Positions 1 to 8,761 of a stretch of DNA of 64,000 nt are shown in pieces; the first letter of the stretch is position 1, and the number at the start of each line of letters is the position of its first letter. The stretch covers positions 1,959 to 65,958 of the forward strand of contig CAMJYM010000007.1 in the NCBI GenBank assembly GCA_946220865.1, given 5' to 3'. Under the pieces are notes generated by a model. That model was not told the DNA's origin and did no database searches. It worked only from the letters and a program-made list of their open reading frames with translations. Both the position numbers and the translations under genes were made by a program. Source of the stretch: an uncultured Clostridia bacterium (lineage in GTDB: Bacteria > Bacillota > Clostridia > Saccharofermentanales > DTU023).

Positions 1-114
1 TGGCCTGCCTCCGAAAATTTATCGCTCTGGTGTTCTGGCGCTAGCTCTCCCCTGCTCCAGCTTCGGTCGCTGCTGCCGGAAAAGTCTTTGTCTGACGTTC
101 CGCCGCGTTATCTC

Positions 115-2661
115 TCAGTCTCCGCTGAGAATTTCAAGTTTGGCCATGCTGGCCATCATATGACGAAGCTTTCCGTCAAATTCAATGCTGAGTACGACAT
201 CGCCTGAAAGTTTTTCGTTTTTTCTGACTTCGCCCACTCCATAGCGTGCATGGCGGACCCTGGCGCCTGCTTTCAGCTCCCGCAACTCTTCAAAAGTCGC
301 CTGCCCTTCTTCTTTTGGACTTGGAACGGCGGCCGGTCGGGCAAAAAGCGGTGCTTTTCGCGGGGCAAAGAAGCTGCTGTGCCCGGTTGAGTCAATTGAG
401 CCTGAGCCTGCCGATGTATTCGATGGCGTTTCGCGATATTCCGTGACCCGACCTCGGGAGAAGCCGCTGAGCGTAGATTTCTGACCGTGGTAAGGAGCTT
501 CTGTGAAAGCATAGGACTCATCGTCGTCCCAGTGCTGGACTTCACCATCTCCCCGGCGAGAACCCCCGTGTTCTTCAACAAGCTCATCTGGAATTTCGCT
601 GAGGAAACGTGAGACAGGATTGTACTGCGTCGAACCATAGAGCAGACGGCTGCGGGCCGCCGTGATGGAAAGGCGTTTTTTAGCCCGGGTAATGGCCACA
701 TAGGCAAGTCTGCGCTCTTCTTCCAGCTCCTCCGGCTGATCCAGAACGCGATAGCCCGGGAAAAGTCCTTCCTCTGCACCAATCAGAAAAACCGCCTCAA
801 ATTCGAGACCTTTGGCACTGTGAATGGTCATGAGGGAAACAGCATCTGCTCCTTCTTCATTATCCAGATCAGAGTAAAGGGTCGCCCGCTCCAGGAACGC
901 CTGGTTCTTCTCTGCAAGGCTCTCCCTTTGCACTCCTGCTTCCAGATTATCCGGGAGGAGATCCCGGCTGTAAGGATTTTCCTCTCCCCAGTCAGCCATC
1001 TGTTGCAGCTGCCGCAATTCTTCCTCCAGACGATGCTCAAATTCCAGGGCATCCGAACGCAGCTCACGAAGGTTTTCCAGACGGTTCTCCCCGTCCTGAC
1101 GGTCTTTTTGACGAAGCAGCTCCAGGTCATGTTCCAGGCCGCTTTTTTCCTGGACGATCGCGATGAAGTCGGCATAACTGATGTCCTCTCGGGCCAGATC
1201 AGCCTGGAGTTCACGAATCAGACACGTAAAACCTGTGAGGGCGGAGGCAGCTCGGGAAAGTTCCGGGTAACTGCGACTTTGTTCCATGATTTCAAATGCG
1301 GTTTTGCCCGTTTCAGCCGCCAGATCTTCGATTCGCTCAAGGCTGACCTGACCGATACCGCGCCGCGGACTGTTGATCGCTCTCAGCAGAGCCAGGCGAT
1401 CCTCCGGTGAGGCAATAACACGCAGCCAGGCCAGGGTATCGCGAATTTCTTTTCGATCATAAAAGCGCAGGCCGCCGTAAATCTGATAAGGCACGCCCAG
1501 TTCCCTCAGGGCAAATTCCATGTTGCGCGAAAGCGCATTGACCCGGTAGAGAATGGCCATATCCTTGCACTGCAAAGGATGAGGCTCACGGCGCATCAGG
1601 CGAAGGACTTCACGGGCCACCCAGCGGGCTTCATCGTACTGGTCGCGCGCTGCATAAAAGCAAATTTTTTCTCCAGCTCCCGCCGACGTCCAGAGCCTTT
1701 TCTGCTTACGTCCCTCATTGCGGCTGATAACCGCATTGGCGGCCTCTAAAATCGACGAGCTGCTGCGGTAATTCTGTTCCAGCTTGATGAGCTTGCAGCC
1801 TTTAAAATCGTCTTCAAAATCGAGAATATTCTGCAGGTTAGCGCCGCGGAAGCTGTAAATGGACTGGTCGTCATCACCAACCACGCAGAGATTTTTATGG
1901 GCCGCGGAAAGCTGGCGCACCAGAATATATTGGGCGTGATTGGTATCCTGATACTCATCGACAAGGACATGAAGAAAGCGTTCCTGATAAGCGGCAAGAA
2001 TCTGCGGCTGTGTTCTGAAGAGTTCGACAGCGTAAGTAAGGATGTCGTCAAAATCCATGCTGTTCTGCTCTTTTAAAGCCTTTTGATAAACCTCATAGAG
2101 CAGGGCGACTTTGCGGCGAATAAAATCATTGCCGACGGAGTGGGCAAAGGCCTGGGGATCGATCAGTTTGTTTTTCGCGGCAGAAATCTGAGCATGGACA
2201 TTTTTGACAGGGAGGAGTTTATCGTCGATGTTTTGCTCTTTCATGATCCTTTTCAGAAGGTTTTGCTGGTCATCCGTATCGAGAATCGTGAAATTGCTGC
2301 CAAAGCCCAGCGCCTCGGCATGGCGGCGCAAAATGCGCAGCATCATGCTGTGAAAGGTGCCCACCCACATGCGCGCGGCCACAGGACCGAGCAGCCCGCT
2401 CAGCCTTTCTTTCATCTCTGTCGCAGCTTTATTGGTAAAAGTAATGGCCAGAATCTGCGCAGGATGAACACCGTGAGCGACCAGCCAGGCCATGCGGTGA
2501 GTGATCACACGCGTTTTACCTGAACCGGCCCCGGCCAGAATCAAAAGCGGCCCATCGCCATAGCTGACCGCCTCGCGCTGCTCAGGATTTAATCCGGCAA
2601 GAATCTTGTCTTCAACTGCCGCCAGATCCGTCACATTTATCTCAGAAAATTGTTCAGGCAT
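115..2661 (-). CDS. pcrA: ATP-dependent DNA helicase, PcrA/UvrD family
   Basis: ORF 115..2769. Walker A GAGSGKT, motif II VDEYQDTN and UvrD-type motifs run throughout, with a C-terminal ARVRHARYGVGEV Tudor-like tail. Start moved to the ATG at 2661 (MPEQFSE...), which has a GGAG-type RBS; the 36 upstream codons look non-coding. Confidence 0.9.
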   Translation of the reverse strand: MPEQFSEINVTDLAAVEDKILAGLNPEQREAVSYGDGPLLILAGAGSGKTRVITHRMAWLVAHGVHPAQILAITFTNKAATEMKERLSGLLGPVAARMWVGTFHSMMLRILRRHAEALGFGSNFTILDTDDQQNLLKRIMKEQNIDDKLLPVKNVHAQISAAKNKLIDPQAFAHSVGNDFIRRKVALLYEVYQKALKEQNSMDFDDILTYAVELFRTQPQILAAYQERFLHVLVDEYQDTNHAQYILVRQLSAAHKNLCVVGDDDQSIYSFRGANLQNILDFEDDFKGCKLIKLEQNYRSSSSILEAANAVISRNEGRKQKRLWTSAGAGEKICFYAARDQYDEARWVAREVLRLMRREPHPLQCKDMAILYRVNALSRNMEFALRELGVPYQIYGGLRFYDRKEIRDTLAWLRVIASPEDRLALLRAINSPRRGIGQVSLERIEDLAAETGKTAFEIMEQSRSYPELSRAASALTGFTCLIRELQADLAREDISYADFIAIVQEKSGLEHDLELLRQKDRQDGENRLENLRELRSDALEFEHRLEEELRQLQQMADWGEENPYSRDLLPDNLEAGVQRESLAEKNQAFLERATLYSDLDNEEGADAVSLMTIHSAKGLEFEAVFLIGAEEGLFPGYRVLDQPEELEEERRLAYVAITRAKKRLSITAARSRLLYGSTQYNPVSRFLSEIPDELVEEHGGSRRGDGEVQHWDDDESYAFTEAPYHGQKSTLSGFSRGRVTEYRETPSNTSAGSGSIDSTGHSSFFAPRKAPLFARPAAVPSPKEEGQATFEELRELKAGARVRHARYGVGEVRKNEKLSGDVVLSIEFDGKLRHMMASMAKLEILSGD

Positions 2662-2979
2662 GCCCTTACTCCCATAAAAAATCGCTATTTCATTATAGCA
2701 GACTGCGCATGCTGCATCGGCTCGTGCTTCTTTCTTATCGCCGGATTTTTTCGCCCAGGTCACCAGCATCCTACACGATCTATCTCGCTCTACACTTTCG
2801 ACTTATATTGTCTCTACATTTTTATGCAAACTTATGCAAGAGTTTTTCATCTATGGATTTTAGGCTATAATAAAAACACGAAAGGAGCAGCTGGAAAGAA
2901 AAATTTTCAGTGGCTTCTTTTTCATCATCGGACGGTCGGCCACCAGGCCGACGGCGCTCGCTAGAAGGGAGCAAAAACT

Positions 2980-3519
2980 ATGAAAATTGATATCACTGGC
3001 GTTGACATGAAGGTTGCGGATTCGCTGCAGGAAAAAATCGAAAAGAAACTGGAAAAGTTTCACCGCTATTTCGGCGACGAGGCCAGCTGCCAGGTTAAAG
3101 TTCAGCCAGAGAAAAACAAACTCCGCGTCGAACTGACGCTGAAAATTCACCGCGATATCTACCGTGCTGAGGCATTGGGCGATCAGGCTCTTGACGCTCT
3201 GGACGAGGCCACGGACAATCTGGCAGGTCAGATCCGCAAGCACAAAGCGAAGCTCAAGAAGCGCAAACATCAAAGCAAAAACATGGAGGCCTTTATCTCT
3301 GCCCTGCCCGAAGAGGACAGCCTGAGCGAAGCTGACCTGCCCAAAATCAAACGCCGCAAGAGCTTCCCGATTGAAGCCATGGATGCCGAAGAAGCAGCCC
3401 TGCAGATGGAGATGATGGAACACGATTTTCATCTCTACATCAATCCGGAAAACGGGCGTGTCAACTGCGTCTATAAACGCCGCGACGGCAACTATGGCGT
3501 ACTGGAGCCTGAGTATTGA
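2980..3519 (+). CDS. hpf: ribosome hibernation promoting factor, long HPF/RaiA type
   Basis: 179 aa. N-terminus MKIDITGVDMKV...LEKF is typical of RaiA/HPF. The C-terminal dimerisation domain is present (DFHLYINPENGRVNCVYKRRDGNYGVLEP). RBS GGGAG precedes ATG 2980. Confidence 0.9.
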   Translation: MKIDITGVDMKVADSLQEKIEKKLEKFHRYFGDEASCQVKVQPEKNKLRVELTLKIHRDIYRAEALGDQALDALDEATDNLAGQIRKHKAKLKKRKHQSKNMEAFISALPEEDSLSEADLPKIKRRKSFPIEAMDAEEAALQMEMMEHDFHLYINPENGRVNCVYKRRDGNYGVLEPEY

Positions 3520-3604
3520 TCTTTTGAAGAGAGCGCTTTCAAGGTCTTTTCTTTAAAAATGCTCGTTCGTTATTACACTGGGCACACCAGCTTATATAAA
3601 ATCA

Positions 3605-3640
3605 CCGGGGCCGTCTCCAGAAGATGGCCCCGTTTCATTT
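3605..3640 (+). terminator. rho-independent terminator after hpf
   Basis: GGGGCC (3607-3612) pairs with GGCCCC (3626-3631) and is followed by a T-rich tract. Confidence 0.6.
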
Positions 3641-3772
3641 CCAGCTATCCGCCAGGAGAAAATCCCGTATATTGCGGTGTTTAATGCCCTGGCGGCTCAT
3701 GTCAGGCTCATCCATGGAAAAGACATACTTAGGGTAATGGTCGCGAATACGGTCATAAAAACCAAACTCCCG
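3635..3772 (-). pseudogene. 3-prime remnant (45 codons) of an AAA_14/DUF4143-type ATPase gene
   Basis: Minus-strand frame reads REFGFYDRIRDHYPKYVFSMDEPDMSRQGIKHRNIRDFLLADSWK-stop. This aligns with the C-terminus of the intact ATPase at 54857..56173 (RIPDSFRKIVVVKDYMKPWQDENGIQYIGIEDFLLDEKLL). It is preceded by an in-frame TAG at 3773-3775, and an AT-rich island starts just beyond. Confidence 0.6.
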
Positions 3773-3909
3773 CTAAGCGGCCTCCTTTTACCTGGTTTTG
3801 TATTGTTGCTATTTAAACTAAATCCATCTACCAAGTTAGTCAAATGTCCAAAGTTTAAATGAGTATGTTTACTAATTGACTCTATGCAAAGTAAATCTTC
3901 CAAAATTAA

Positions 3910-3921
3910 GAAAACGTTATC
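3910..3921. promoter_or_regulatory. candidate LacI-family operator, distal copy
   Basis: GAAAACGTTATC is a CG-centred pseudo-palindrome. It is the exact reverse complement of the site at 4051-4062. Confidence 0.4.
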
Positions 3922-4002
3922 TATTTTATATTTTTGTGATATAAGATTATTTTTAAGTCCATTTCACGTCTTTTAGGCATATATTTTATTAAAAATTGGC
4001 AA

Positions 4003-4032
4003 TTGACATAAAATCGACTGAATATATATAAT
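4003..4032 (+). promoter_or_regulatory. sigma-70-type promoter for the tctCBA island
   Basis: TTGACA at 4003-4008, an 18-nt spacer, then TATAAT at 4027-4032. Confidence 0.55.
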
Positions 4033-4050
4033 CTATCCAGAACATCTTGT

Positions 4051-4062
4051 GATAACGTTTTC
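4051..4062. promoter_or_regulatory. candidate LacI-family operator, promoter-proximal copy
   Basis: GATAACGTTTTC lies about 20 nt downstream of the -10 box. It has the form of LacI/CcpA-type operators (A/T-rich arms around a central CG). Confidence 0.45.
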
Positions 4063-4129
4063 TCTTTTATAGAGCCTAATGTTGATCGCAGGAAAGGATA
4101 ATACAAAACAGAAAGGTGTAGGTAAGTTC

Positions 4130-5260
4130 ATGAGTATTAAAAGAGTTCTCATTTGCTTTCTGGTATTTTCACTGATGTTTGGCGCAGTAGCCTGTAGTGG
4201 AGATCATGCCAAGAAACAAACAGCTCAAGAAACCAAAGAAAGTAGTACTGATACAAGTGCTCAGGATAAAACAAGTGTTCCTGAGGAAGTGTCTAAGGAT
4301 GATGTGAAAACAAAGAGCTCCAATTATCCAACTAAATCAATAAAGGTGATCGTTCCTTATGGGGCTGGAGGTACAACTGACTTAGTTGGTCGGCAACTTG
4401 CCATCCAACTTGAAAAACACTTAGGTCAATCCATCACTGTGGTCAATCAGGGTGGTGCCTCAGGCTCAGTAGGTTGTAAAACCGTGCTCGATGCCCCCAG
4501 CGATGGCTACACTCTACTTTTTACAGCTGAAAGCTTAGGTACACAGCGGGTCATGCAGCTTTCTGATATGAGTTACAATGATTTCAGACCCATCATGGTC
4601 ACTGTTAATGACCCCAAAGTTATTGTTGTCAATAAAAATAGTAAATATAAGACCCTGCAAGAGCTTGTTGATGATATTAAAGCACGTCCCGGTCAAGTGA
4701 AAATGTCCTATACTGGTCCTGGTGGCAGCGGTCACGTCCAATCCCTTATTTACGAAGCAGCAGGCTTAAAAACTGCGCTAACTGCATATACTAGCGGCAG
4801 TGATTGTATTGTTGCAGTCTTGGGCGATCAGGTGGATTTTACAAATTCTAATTATTCTTCCGTAGCTAACTATATCGATAGTGGTGAATTACGGCTTCTC
4901 GCCGTTTCATCCACGAAGCCCATCGCTAAATATCCCGATGTACCCACATTTGCCTCTATCGTCCCAGAAACAGCTGATGCCTTTGAAACACCCTTTACAC
5001 CGCTCTCTTTGCTCGTAAAAAAGGATGTTCCACAAGAAATCATTGATATTCTTCGTGACGCAGCTCAAAAAGCTATCCAAGAAGAAGATTGGAAAAAGTT
5101 TGTAAAAGATAATAGCCTTGAAGAGCTTTATCTCAAATTTAAAACTGAAGATGAAATGATGTCTTTCTATAAGAATTGGGAATCCAAAGTCAGCTGGATG
5201 TTGTTTGATGCTGGAGCGGCGCCCTTAAGTCCAGAAAAATTTGATATTCCTAAACCCTGA
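4130..5260 (+). CDS. tctC: tripartite tricarboxylate transporter substrate-binding lipoprotein (TctC/Bug family)
   Basis: ORF 4079..5260. Start placed at ATG 4130 (MSIKRVL) after a GGTG/AGG RBS. Lipobox GAVAC is present, and the IKVIVPYGAGGTTDLVGRQLA motif is typical of the Bug/TctC family. Confidence 0.8.
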   Translation: MSIKRVLICFLVFSLMFGAVACSGDHAKKQTAQETKESSTDTSAQDKTSVPEEVSKDDVKTKSSNYPTKSIKVIVPYGAGGTTDLVGRQLAIQLEKHLGQSITVVNQGGASGSVGCKTVLDAPSDGYTLLFTAESLGTQRVMQLSDMSYNDFRPIMVTVNDPKVIVVNKNSKYKTLQELVDDIKARPGQVKMSYTGPGGSGHVQSLIYEAAGLKTALTAYTSGSDCIVAVLGDQVDFTNSNYSSVANYIDSGELRLLAVSSTKPIAKYPDVPTFASIVPETADAFETPFTPLSLLVKKDVPQEIIDILRDAAQKAIQEEDWKKFVKDNSLEELYLKFKTEDEMMSFYKNWESKVSWMLFDAGAAPLSPEKFDIPKP

Positions 5261-5318
5261 TAATGATTTCTTTAGCCGGAGTGCCAGAAGCACTCCGGTG
5301 CCTCGAAAGGAGACGCTC

Positions 5319-5798
5319 TTGGAACATTTTAAGAAGCTGATAAAAAATAAAGCCATGCACGAAGCGATACTCTTTTTAATGATGAGCATCGGCTTGCTCA
5401 TCCATGCCTTAACAAAGCACTATGCGCAGTCTATGCCAGACTGGAAAATGTCGCCTTATCTTTTTCCTCTTCTGGTTTCATTCTTTTTATTTTTGCTCTC
5501 CATTTCGATGCTGGCAGATGCCCGTCGCACACTGAAAATTTCAGAGGAAGAAAAGCAGGATAAGGTAAGCCCCCAACCAATTTACTGGAAAAAAATACTG
5601 ATGGTTATCATTTTGAGCATCGCATATTATATGATCATGCCCCTGATAACTTTTATTCCCTCCACAATTCTTTTCCTTGTGCTTATGTTCTTATATTTGG
5701 GGGAAAGACGTCCCTTTATCATTAGTCTTATATCTGTTCTCACGGCTGGCACTTTATATGCTTTATTTGCCATGGGACTTAATGTGATGTTGCCCTAG
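5319..5798 (+). CDS. tctB: tripartite tricarboxylate transporter small membrane subunit (TctB-like)
   Basis: Small, 4-TM-like hydrophobic protein between tctC and tctA. The probable TTG start at 5319 lies 6 nt after AAGGAG. Start is uncertain (alternative ATG at 5355). Confidence 0.6.
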   Translation: MEHFKKLIKNKAMHEAILFLMMSIGLLIHALTKHYAQSMPDWKMSPYLFPLLVSFFLFLLSISMLADARRTLKISEEEKQDKVSPQPIYWKKILMVIILSIAYYMIMPLITFIPSTILFLVLMFLYLGERRPFIISLISVLTAGTLYALFAMGLNVMLP

Positions 5799-5807
5799 GA
5801 GGAAAGC

Positions 5808-7304
5808 ATGGACCAAATAATTGGCGTACTAAAATGGATGGTGACCCCAGAATTCATCCTTTTCACTTTTTTGGGTTCGTTAGCTGGGCTCTTTGTTGGT
5901 TCGATACCCGGTCTTTCAGTGACTATGGCCACTGCCTTGCTGGTATCTGTCACCTATAGTTGGCAAACTTCAAATGCTTTAGCCACAATTATGGGAGTTT
6001 ATGTTGTAGGCGTATATTCTGGCGCATTGTCTGCCATTTTAATCAATATTCCCGGAGCACCCTCTTCCGTAGTAACTACTTTGGATGGTTATCCTCTGGC
6101 AAAGAAAGGGGAGTCCTACAAAGCGCTTAAATACGCTACAATTTATTCTTTTGTCGGCTCATTCTTTGGCCTCTTAGTCTTATGGATTGCTGCAAAACCC
6201 GTAACTAATCTAGCCCTAAAATTCACCCCAATGGATTACTTTCTCTTGGCTCTGTTTGGTCTTGCAACCGTTGGTTCTCTGACAACCAAGAGTTTTTCTA
6301 AGGGTTTAATTAGTGCCGTACTCGGATTGATGCTAAGTATGGTCGGTATTGATAGTGTCGTAGGGACTCCTCGTCTAACTTTTGGACTCCAGGAATTAAA
6401 CAGCGGTATCAGTATCGTACCTGCTCTAGTCGGCCTTTTTGGTTTCTCTGAAGTGCTTTATGTCATCTCCAACGGTACCGCTGACGGTGAAGTTGCAAAA
6501 ATTGTGAGGAGTGTCGTCAAGACCAAAGATATCCTAAAACACTTCTTTGTCTCATTATATTACTGTGTTATTGGGACCTTTGTTGGCGCTCTGCCTGGCG
6601 CTGGTGGACCCGTAGCTGCCTTCCTCGCTTATTCTGAAGCCAGAAGAATCAACAAGAAACCTTCAGTCCCCTTTGGTGAAGGTGCCGTAGAGGGAATTGT
6701 GGCGAGTGAATCTGCCAATAACGCCTGTATCGGCGGCGCCCTTATTCCGATGTTAACATTAGCCATCCCTGGCGATGCCGTGACGGCCATTATCCTTTCT
6801 GTCTTTTATGTTCACGGCTTACGTCCTGGACCCATGTTTTTGATGGAAAGTCCAGATATGTTTCAGATGATCCTTGCAGGCGGATTTTTAGGATGTTTAT
6901 TTTTGCTGCTCCTGGGCACTCTGGTAGCTCCTCGTGTCAGTAAGATCATCAATATTCCGAAAAACCTATTGCTACCTGTTGTCACTGTACTCTGTGTTAT
7001 TGGCGCATTCGCTGGTAATAATCGTATGTTTGATGTAGCTCTTATGTTTATGCTCGGGATTATCGGCTACTTCATGCGCCGTCGTGGTTACTCCGTTGCT
7101 CCTATGACTTTAGCCTTAGTTCTTGGTAATATGATGGATTCAAATTTCCGCAGAGCAATTTCTCTTGCGTCCTCAGAATCCAATAAAATGGCTGCTCTGT
7201 TTGGTCGCCCCATTACCCTGATTCTTCTATTTCTCACCGTCATCACTGTGACATTAAACATCCCTGCCGTAAAACGCAGTTTAGCAAAAATAAAAAATCA
7301 CTGA
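5808..7304 (+). CDS. tctA: tripartite tricarboxylate transporter large permease (TctA family)
   Basis: 498-aa polytopic membrane protein with TctA-like organisation (GSIPGLS..., PGAGGPVAAFLAYSEA). RBS AGGAGG precedes ATG 5808. Confidence 0.85.
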   Translation: MDQIIGVLKWMVTPEFILFTFLGSLAGLFVGSIPGLSVTMATALLVSVTYSWQTSNALATIMGVYVVGVYSGALSAILINIPGAPSSVVTTLDGYPLAKKGESYKALKYATIYSFVGSFFGLLVLWIAAKPVTNLALKFTPMDYFLLALFGLATVGSLTTKSFSKGLISAVLGLMLSMVGIDSVVGTPRLTFGLQELNSGISIVPALVGLFGFSEVLYVISNGTADGEVAKIVRSVVKTKDILKHFFVSLYYCVIGTFVGALPGAGGPVAAFLAYSEARRINKKPSVPFGEGAVEGIVASESANNACIGGALIPMLTLAIPGDAVTAIILSVFYVHGLRPGPMFLMESPDMFQMILAGGFLGCLFLLLLGTLVAPRVSKIINIPKNLLLPVVTVLCVIGAFAGNNRMFDVALMFMLGIIGYFMRRRGYSVAPMTLALVLGNMMDSNFRRAISLASSESNKMAALFGRPITLILLFLTVITVTLNIPAVKRSLAKIKNH

Positions 7305-7424
7305 TATTTCGGCAGGTAAATCAAAAAGTGAAAAGGTGAAATCTTTTTAGCCAGTAAACTTATCAACAGCGCACTGCGCATAAGGATCCACATAATAACT
7401 ATTAAATAAGAATGGGAGTTCATC

Positions 7425-8717
7425 ATGAAAATAAGCTCAAGCAAAAGTGAATTAAAAGGCCGTATTATTGTTCCTGGATCGAAAAGCCATACTATCAGAG
7501 CCATTTTGCTCTCAGCCATGGCTGAAGGCAAGTCGATCATCCACAATCCCCTGACCAGCAATGATTGCAAAAGCGCTGCACATGCCGCAAGGCTGTTTGG
7601 GGCTAAAGTTGACGAAGATGATGGCGTTTGGTATGTCCAAGGGGTCGGAAAAAATTTAAAAATTCCAGATGATATTGTCGATTGTGGTAATTCAGGCACA
7701 GCGACCATTTTCGTCATGGGTATGGCGGCTTTACTCAACGGCTACGCCGTCATCACAGGTGATGAGCAAATTCGCAGGAGACCTGTTCATTGGTTGTGTC
7801 AAGCGCTCAATGACCTGGGAGCCAAAGCCTTGATTACCCGTCCTGGGCATCAAGCTCCCCCAGTCGTCGTAGGAGGACCGATGCAAGGAGGAACTGCTGT
7901 TTTTGATGGCTTTAACTCACAGGTCGTTTCCGCTACGATGTTATCGAGTGCCATTTGTGGCAAACAGGTAGAGATTAAAGTTGAGCATCCCCTTGAAAAG
8001 CCCTATCTTCAGATGACGATTGATTGGATGAAAAAATTCGGAGTTGACCTTGTAGAAAAAAGTGATGATTATACTCACTTTATTCTCGATGGCCAAGGTG
8101 AGTATCATCCAATAGAGGCAACCGTACCGAGTGATTGGTCCGGCGTTGCCTTTCCTCTTGTTGCCTCGGTCATCACTTCTTCTGATGTCATCATTGAAGG
8201 ACTGGACTTTAACGATGCTCAAGGTGACAAAGTTGTCGTTGACCACCTGCTACGCATGGGAGCAAAAATCGAAAAAAATGAAGATAAGGGACAAATTCAC
8301 ATTATCGGTGGCACTCCTTTAAAAGCTGGTTTGGAAATTAATCTGAACGATACTCCGGACGCGCTACCAGCCCTCGCTGTAGCTGCAGCTTTTGCTGAAG
8401 GGGAAACTACCTTTACAGGCTTAGCCCACGTGAGAGTGAAGGAAACGGATAGGGTTGCTGTAATGGAAGAACAACTCGGGCTCCTTGGTGTAAAAACTCA
8501 CAGCACAAAAGACTCCATGATTGTTTACGGAGGGCAAGGCTTAAAATCTCAGGTTGTATCTAGTAAAAAAGACCATCGTATTGCTATGGCACTTGCCGTT
8601 GCTGGCCTTGCGTCTGAGGGAGTTGTAACCGTAGAGGATGCAGAGTGTGCAGATGTCTCATTCCCTGGTTTTTATCAACAAATGCAAAAACTGGGAGCAA
8701 AGTTTAAAGAATTCTAA
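7425..8717 (+). CDS. aroA: 3-phosphoshikimate 1-carboxyvinyltransferase-like enolpyruvyl transferase (EPSP synthase family)
   Basis: 430 aa with motifs PGSKSHTIRA, GNSGTA, NSQVVSA, NDTPDALPALAVAAAFAEG, RVKETDR and KDHRIAMA. The genomic context is atypical (see findings). Confidence 0.75.
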   Translation: MKISSSKSELKGRIIVPGSKSHTIRAILLSAMAEGKSIIHNPLTSNDCKSAAHAARLFGAKVDEDDGVWYVQGVGKNLKIPDDIVDCGNSGTATIFVMGMAALLNGYAVITGDEQIRRRPVHWLCQALNDLGAKALITRPGHQAPPVVVGGPMQGGTAVFDGFNSQVVSATMLSSAICGKQVEIKVEHPLEKPYLQMTIDWMKKFGVDLVEKSDDYTHFILDGQGEYHPIEATVPSDWSGVAFPLVASVITSSDVIIEGLDFNDAQGDKVVVDHLLRMGAKIEKNEDKGQIHIIGGTPLKAGLEINLNDTPDALPALAVAAAFAEGETTFTGLAHVRVKETDRVAVMEEQLGLLGVKTHSTKDSMIVYGGQGLKSQVVSSKKDHRIAMALAVAGLASEGVVTVEDAECADVSFPGFYQQMQKLGAKFKEF

Positions 8718-8761
8718 TCTGTTGTAATTATTTAAGGCCAAGTCAGGAGAGGACGTGAGAA

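Noticed and set aside
1-114. A possible start of a gene downstream of pcrA (for example ligA) at the window edge.
   Set aside because: No open frame with a recognisable N-terminus could be read in 114 nt, so it was left unannotated.
2662-2769. A 36-codon N-terminal extension of pcrA, and similar upstream extensions of tctC, gap, dnaK, hrcA, nfeD, the BMP lipoprotein and the FAD protein given by the ORF track.
   Set aside because: Internal starts have good RBSs and restore canonical N-termini. In hrcA the extension would swallow the CIRCE operator and promoter.
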